Assembly: GCA_020891255.1 (NCBI GenBank)
Contig: BQFW01000013.1
Location: 2,418,001 to 2,482,000, forward strand
DNA: 64,000 nt
Source: Entomortierella parvispora E1425
Lineage: Eukaryota > Fungi > Mortierellomycota
Direction: 5' to 3'
Position 1 is the first letter of the stretch; each line of letters begins with the position of its first letter. Below are positions 60,095-64,000 of this stretch, in pieces. The position numbers were made by a program, and so were the translations under genes. The notes under the pieces are model-generated. The model did no database searches and was not told the DNA's origin. It was given only the letters and a program-made list of their open reading frames with translations.

Positions 60095-61059
60095 GGCTCC
60101 AGGACAATCCACGCCCTAATTCTCTCATTGGCTGGGATTGAGAGCTACGGTTAGCCCATCCAAGCGCGCAAACGCGCTCCTTCTTTCTATATACCTTCTT
60201 CCTCACCACGCTCCCCCACGCTCCTCATTACACGCTACCAGCGACAACCCTTCGCACCATTACACATCTACATCGTTTTCCACTTTTTCATCATCTGCTC
60301 TTTACTCATCCTCCAAATCGTGCCTCTAATGGGATTACAAGATTGGTTCCCCTTTTTGCGCAAAAAAGGCTATGAACCTTCTGTCATTTATCCCTCCAAC
60401 GTGAAGTCAACTATGACCGATCGTACAAAACGTCTTGATGTGCTGTCGTTTTACTCTATCATCCGCAACGCATACTCTTTTAAGGCACCCGAAGAAGCGC
60501 ACCAGGTCCTTGAAGCAAACTTTTTGCGTTATGGCGGGAAGGATAAACTCATTCTTTACATTGATGGTGGCGCAGCGGTGGAGAAAGAAGAGACAGCAAA
60601 AAAACGAAAGGCCAACCGTGACAAAGCCGCTGAAAAATGCTACAGGAACCTTGACGCACTTGAGCAACGAATCACCCACAACCAAAAGGCTAGCAGGCGA
60701 CATTTCGTCGATGTGAAGAAGAGCCTAGCATCACTTTTCTATTGGCCATCCTCAGTTCGCCAGGATTTCATCGATTACCTGATCAAGGCTGGATGGACTG
60801 TTCGGATATGTGAGACAGAGGCTGATGTTGCCATCGCGGCGGACTGCCGGCCAGAAGACATTGTCATATCGGCTGACAGTGACATGCTTGCATATGGCAC
60901 TATCTACACGCTCTGGCGACTCACTCTCGTGGACTTCATCTGGCCTACAATCGCGCAGATTTTTGCCAGACTCTTGGATTGTCATCAGCTCAGCTCACGG
61001 CTCTTGCTTGTGTGGTGTCAAATGACTACAGCAAGAGCATCTTTTGGCTTGGTCCAGTC
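60095..61059 (+). mobile_element. PIN-nuclease element, copy 2 (5' part only)
   Basis: Homologous to 12322-~13270 from ggctccaggacaatccacgcc to ttggtccagtc. PIN frame intact from ATG 60329 up to a frameshift near 60920. Confidence 0.85.
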
Positions 61060-64000
61060 TGGCAGGCGGAGGAGGAATGACGACGGAGCGATCTACATCG
61101 AACCAATGTCAAAACTGAACCTAAAGACACTCGACGAAGACAAGCTGGAGCCCATGAGGGAGAGAGTGCAGTCATTCATACAAGGGAAGGCCAAGGTTCT
61201 GCTCATCCTTCGAGAATCTGGATCGGGAAAGTCAACCTTCAACAGGCGCTTGGAGTTTGAGCTCTGGAATGCCTACAAGCCTCGGGAACGGATTCCGTTG
61301 TTCATTGACCTGAAGACCATAGCCGACGACAGACAAATGGTTAAGCAGCATTTGACCAACCTTAACCTATTCTCCAAGGAGCAGATTGCAGAGTTGAGGA
61401 AGAAGCGACAATTCATCTTGATATGTGATGGGTACGACGAATGCCGAAGTCGGTCCAACCTCTACGACAACAACAACCTCAACGGACCATCACAATGGAA
61501 AGCTAAGATGGTTGTGAGCTGCCGTAGTCAGTACCTCGGACTGGATTACCGGACATACTTCCAGCCGCATGCAAACGAAGTGTACAGTAACAGTCGATCT
61601 GATAAATCAGAACTTCTCGAGGAAGCGGCCATAGTCCCATTCAAGCAAGAGCAGATTCAAAACTATGTGGAGCAGTATATCGCTTCCCCTGAAACCGAGC
61701 AATCGGAAGACTGGACCACTGACCGGTACATGGATACGATGAAAGAGGTTCCCCATTTGGCTGATCTGGTCACTAATCCGTTCCTGCTTCGAATCGTTTT
61801 GGACACTCTTCCAGGAATTGTCGAGTCTAGCCCGGATCTCTCCAAGATCCGAGTGAGTCGAGTCAGACTCTATGACGCCTATATTTTCCGCCATTTTCAC
61901 CTGGAGTTACGACGACTGGATGCACAGATATCACAAAAGAAGTTGAAAGAAAGTGAGGAGGCCGCCTTTGAAGGCATCCGGGACGACTTTGTCCATGATG
62001 GGATCCACTATTCAAAACGACTGGCGGCTGCGATTTTTAGAGAACTGGGCGGAGTCAACTCTATCGAATATGTCTCGACGGCAGATTTCAAAACCTCGGG
62101 TTGGATGGAAGAGTTCTTTTCAATGGATGCTGTCGTCAAACTTCGTCGAGAGTCTGGCCCTCTGGTACGCTCTGGCAGTCAATACAGGTTCGCTCATCGG
62201 TCCATCCTCGAGTATTTCTTTTCCTGTCTGGTGTTTGAGCCCAGGAATAATTCAATCGGTCTCAACTATGCAGGAGAGGATCAGGGCAATCTCGATCTGG
62301 CAAATTTTCTTGATCCGACCGTCAACCCCTCTTTGATTGCCAACCATCCCTTTGGACTGGTGGACCTTGTCTCGGAGCCGTCGATCCTTCATTTTCTCGT
62401 AGAGCGTGTTCGGCAGAGCACACCCTTCAAAGAGCAGCTGGATCGGATCATTCGCCTTTCCAAAATTGAGCCCGCTGTTGGTCGAGCATCGGCCAATGCC
62501 ATAACGATTTTGGTCAAAGCAGGGGTCCTCTTTAATGGTGTTGATATTCAAGGGATTCGGATCCCAGGGGCTGACCTCTCTGAGGGACAGTTTGATTCTG
62601 CTCAGATCCAAGGCGCAGACTTGACAGGTGTCCGACTCAAAAGGACGTGGATGCGACAGGCTGATCTCAGTGGGGCGACGATGACTGCGGTTTGGGGAAA
62701 AGACATATGTGAAGATTCCCGATCTTTGCTGTATAGCGACCTCATTAGATGGAAGGATACTTGCTGCAGGAAGCTATAAAGGACACGTTCAAGTGCATGA
62801 CATTTTCAACCATCGCCCTCTTGTCACTTTCGAAGGACATTCTGGTCACGTCGGAAGTGTGGCCATTTCCAATGACAGTTTGGCTATTGTATCAGGCGGT
62901 GAGGATCGGACTGTACGCACCTGGCACTTGGAGGGTGACAATGCCCGCGTGTTCCAGGGACATGAGGGCACTGTCTGCAGTGTTGCTTTTGCACCTCACT
63001 GTGGGCACGTTGTATCTGCAAGTAATGACAGCACTGCCAGGGTCTGGGACATTGAAACTGGATCATGTGTGCACATCCTGAAGATCCTTTTGTCTTTTCA
63101 GCCTGTCGTGGCTTGGTCTCCTTGTGGACGTCAGATCGTGACTGGAACTACGACCTTGATGCTGTGGAATGCTGAAACCGGAGAGCTCGAACGGATCCTG
63201 GCTGGGGAGGGGGCACACTGCGTCGCTTATTCACGCAAAGGCAAACTTCTTGCAGGATCTAGCTCGAAACTCACGATCTGGAACCTTGCATCCGACAATG
63301 GAGACAACAAACCAGTTATCATGAAAGGAACCAGCAGCTTTCAAAGCGCAGTCTTTTCTCAAGATGAGCAGACCATAGCGGTAGCATGCTCTGGCGACTC
63401 TTTGCAGCTCTGAGACGGATCGTCAGGAACGCACCTCGCCACCCTCAATGGTCACTCTAGCGCTGTTTTTGGACTGGCATTTTTAAAGAAGCAGGAACTT
63501 TTGTCCGCCAGTCAGGACGGCACCATTCGATTTTGGCAGCTGGATGATGAATTGGACTTGGAGGAAAGCTCTTTTCATGCGGCAAGTCAAGATTGGAAAA
63601 GTCATAGAGCTCAGATCAATAGTCTGGTGTATGGTCGAGACAGCAGCTATATTCTCTCTGCTGGAAATGATGACTGGTTCCTTAAGTGGAACACCAAGAC
63701 AGGAAGCTGTAACCGATTCTTGAAGGTCGGCTTTGGAGCGACAATGGTCATTTCACCAAGTTGCCGACAACTGGTGGTGACAGAGAGCTGGGGTGATCTC
63801 AAAGTGTATCAGCTCGGCGGCATAGACAAGCCCAAAGTTGACGATCGTCTTTGCTGCGGAGCTTCACAGGCAACGTTCTCTTCCTGTGGCGAATGGATGG
63901 CTACCTCGAAGGAGAGCAATGATATCGTCAGTCTGTGGAATGTACGGTCAGGAAAAGAGGAAAGACTGCTGGAAGGGAAAGCTGGCCCTTTTATGAAATT
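60329..64000 (+). pseudogene. NACHT - pentapeptide repeat - WD40 (NLR-like) gene, 5'-fused to PIN element sequence; disrupted
   Basis: NACHT: LLILRESGSGKSTF (first Walker A Gly>Arg), FILICDGYDE, VVSCRSQYL, NPFLL, YRFAHRSILEY. Pentapeptide: GADLS.G.FDSAQ.QGADLTGV. Frameshift near 62690 into WD40 repeats (GH.G.V.SVA.S), TGA near 63411, then further WD40 repeats running off the window end. Confidence 0.85.

Overview
This is eukaryotic, fungal DNA with short GT-AG introns and CTAAC branch points. The gene content (Crinkler effector, NACHT-pentapeptide-WD40, Crypton, chromoviral Ty3/Gypsy, XPG-like PIN element) fits an early-diverging fungus, probably Mortierellaceae (inference). Three or four ordinary host genes (a large FUSC/ArAE-type membrane protein, a START-domain protein, a low-complexity protein) sit in a repeat-rich, rearranged compartment. 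That compartment holds three decayed chromoviruses, two copies of a PIN-nuclease element, a Crypton-derived gene, triplicated gene ends and several tandem arrays. Highlights: (1) a secreted, cysteine-rich protein with the colicin D tRNase motif set (44397-44909); (2) a two-unit ~195-bp structured-RNA-like array with compensatory base changes, next to a PIN-nuclease element (59580-59975); (3) a ~13.6-kb island between direct repeats, carrying an intronless catalytic-domain-only HMG-CoA reductase and two long intronless orphan ORFs; (4) a chimeric PIN-NACHT ORF. All family assignments come from motif recognition by eye, with no database searches.
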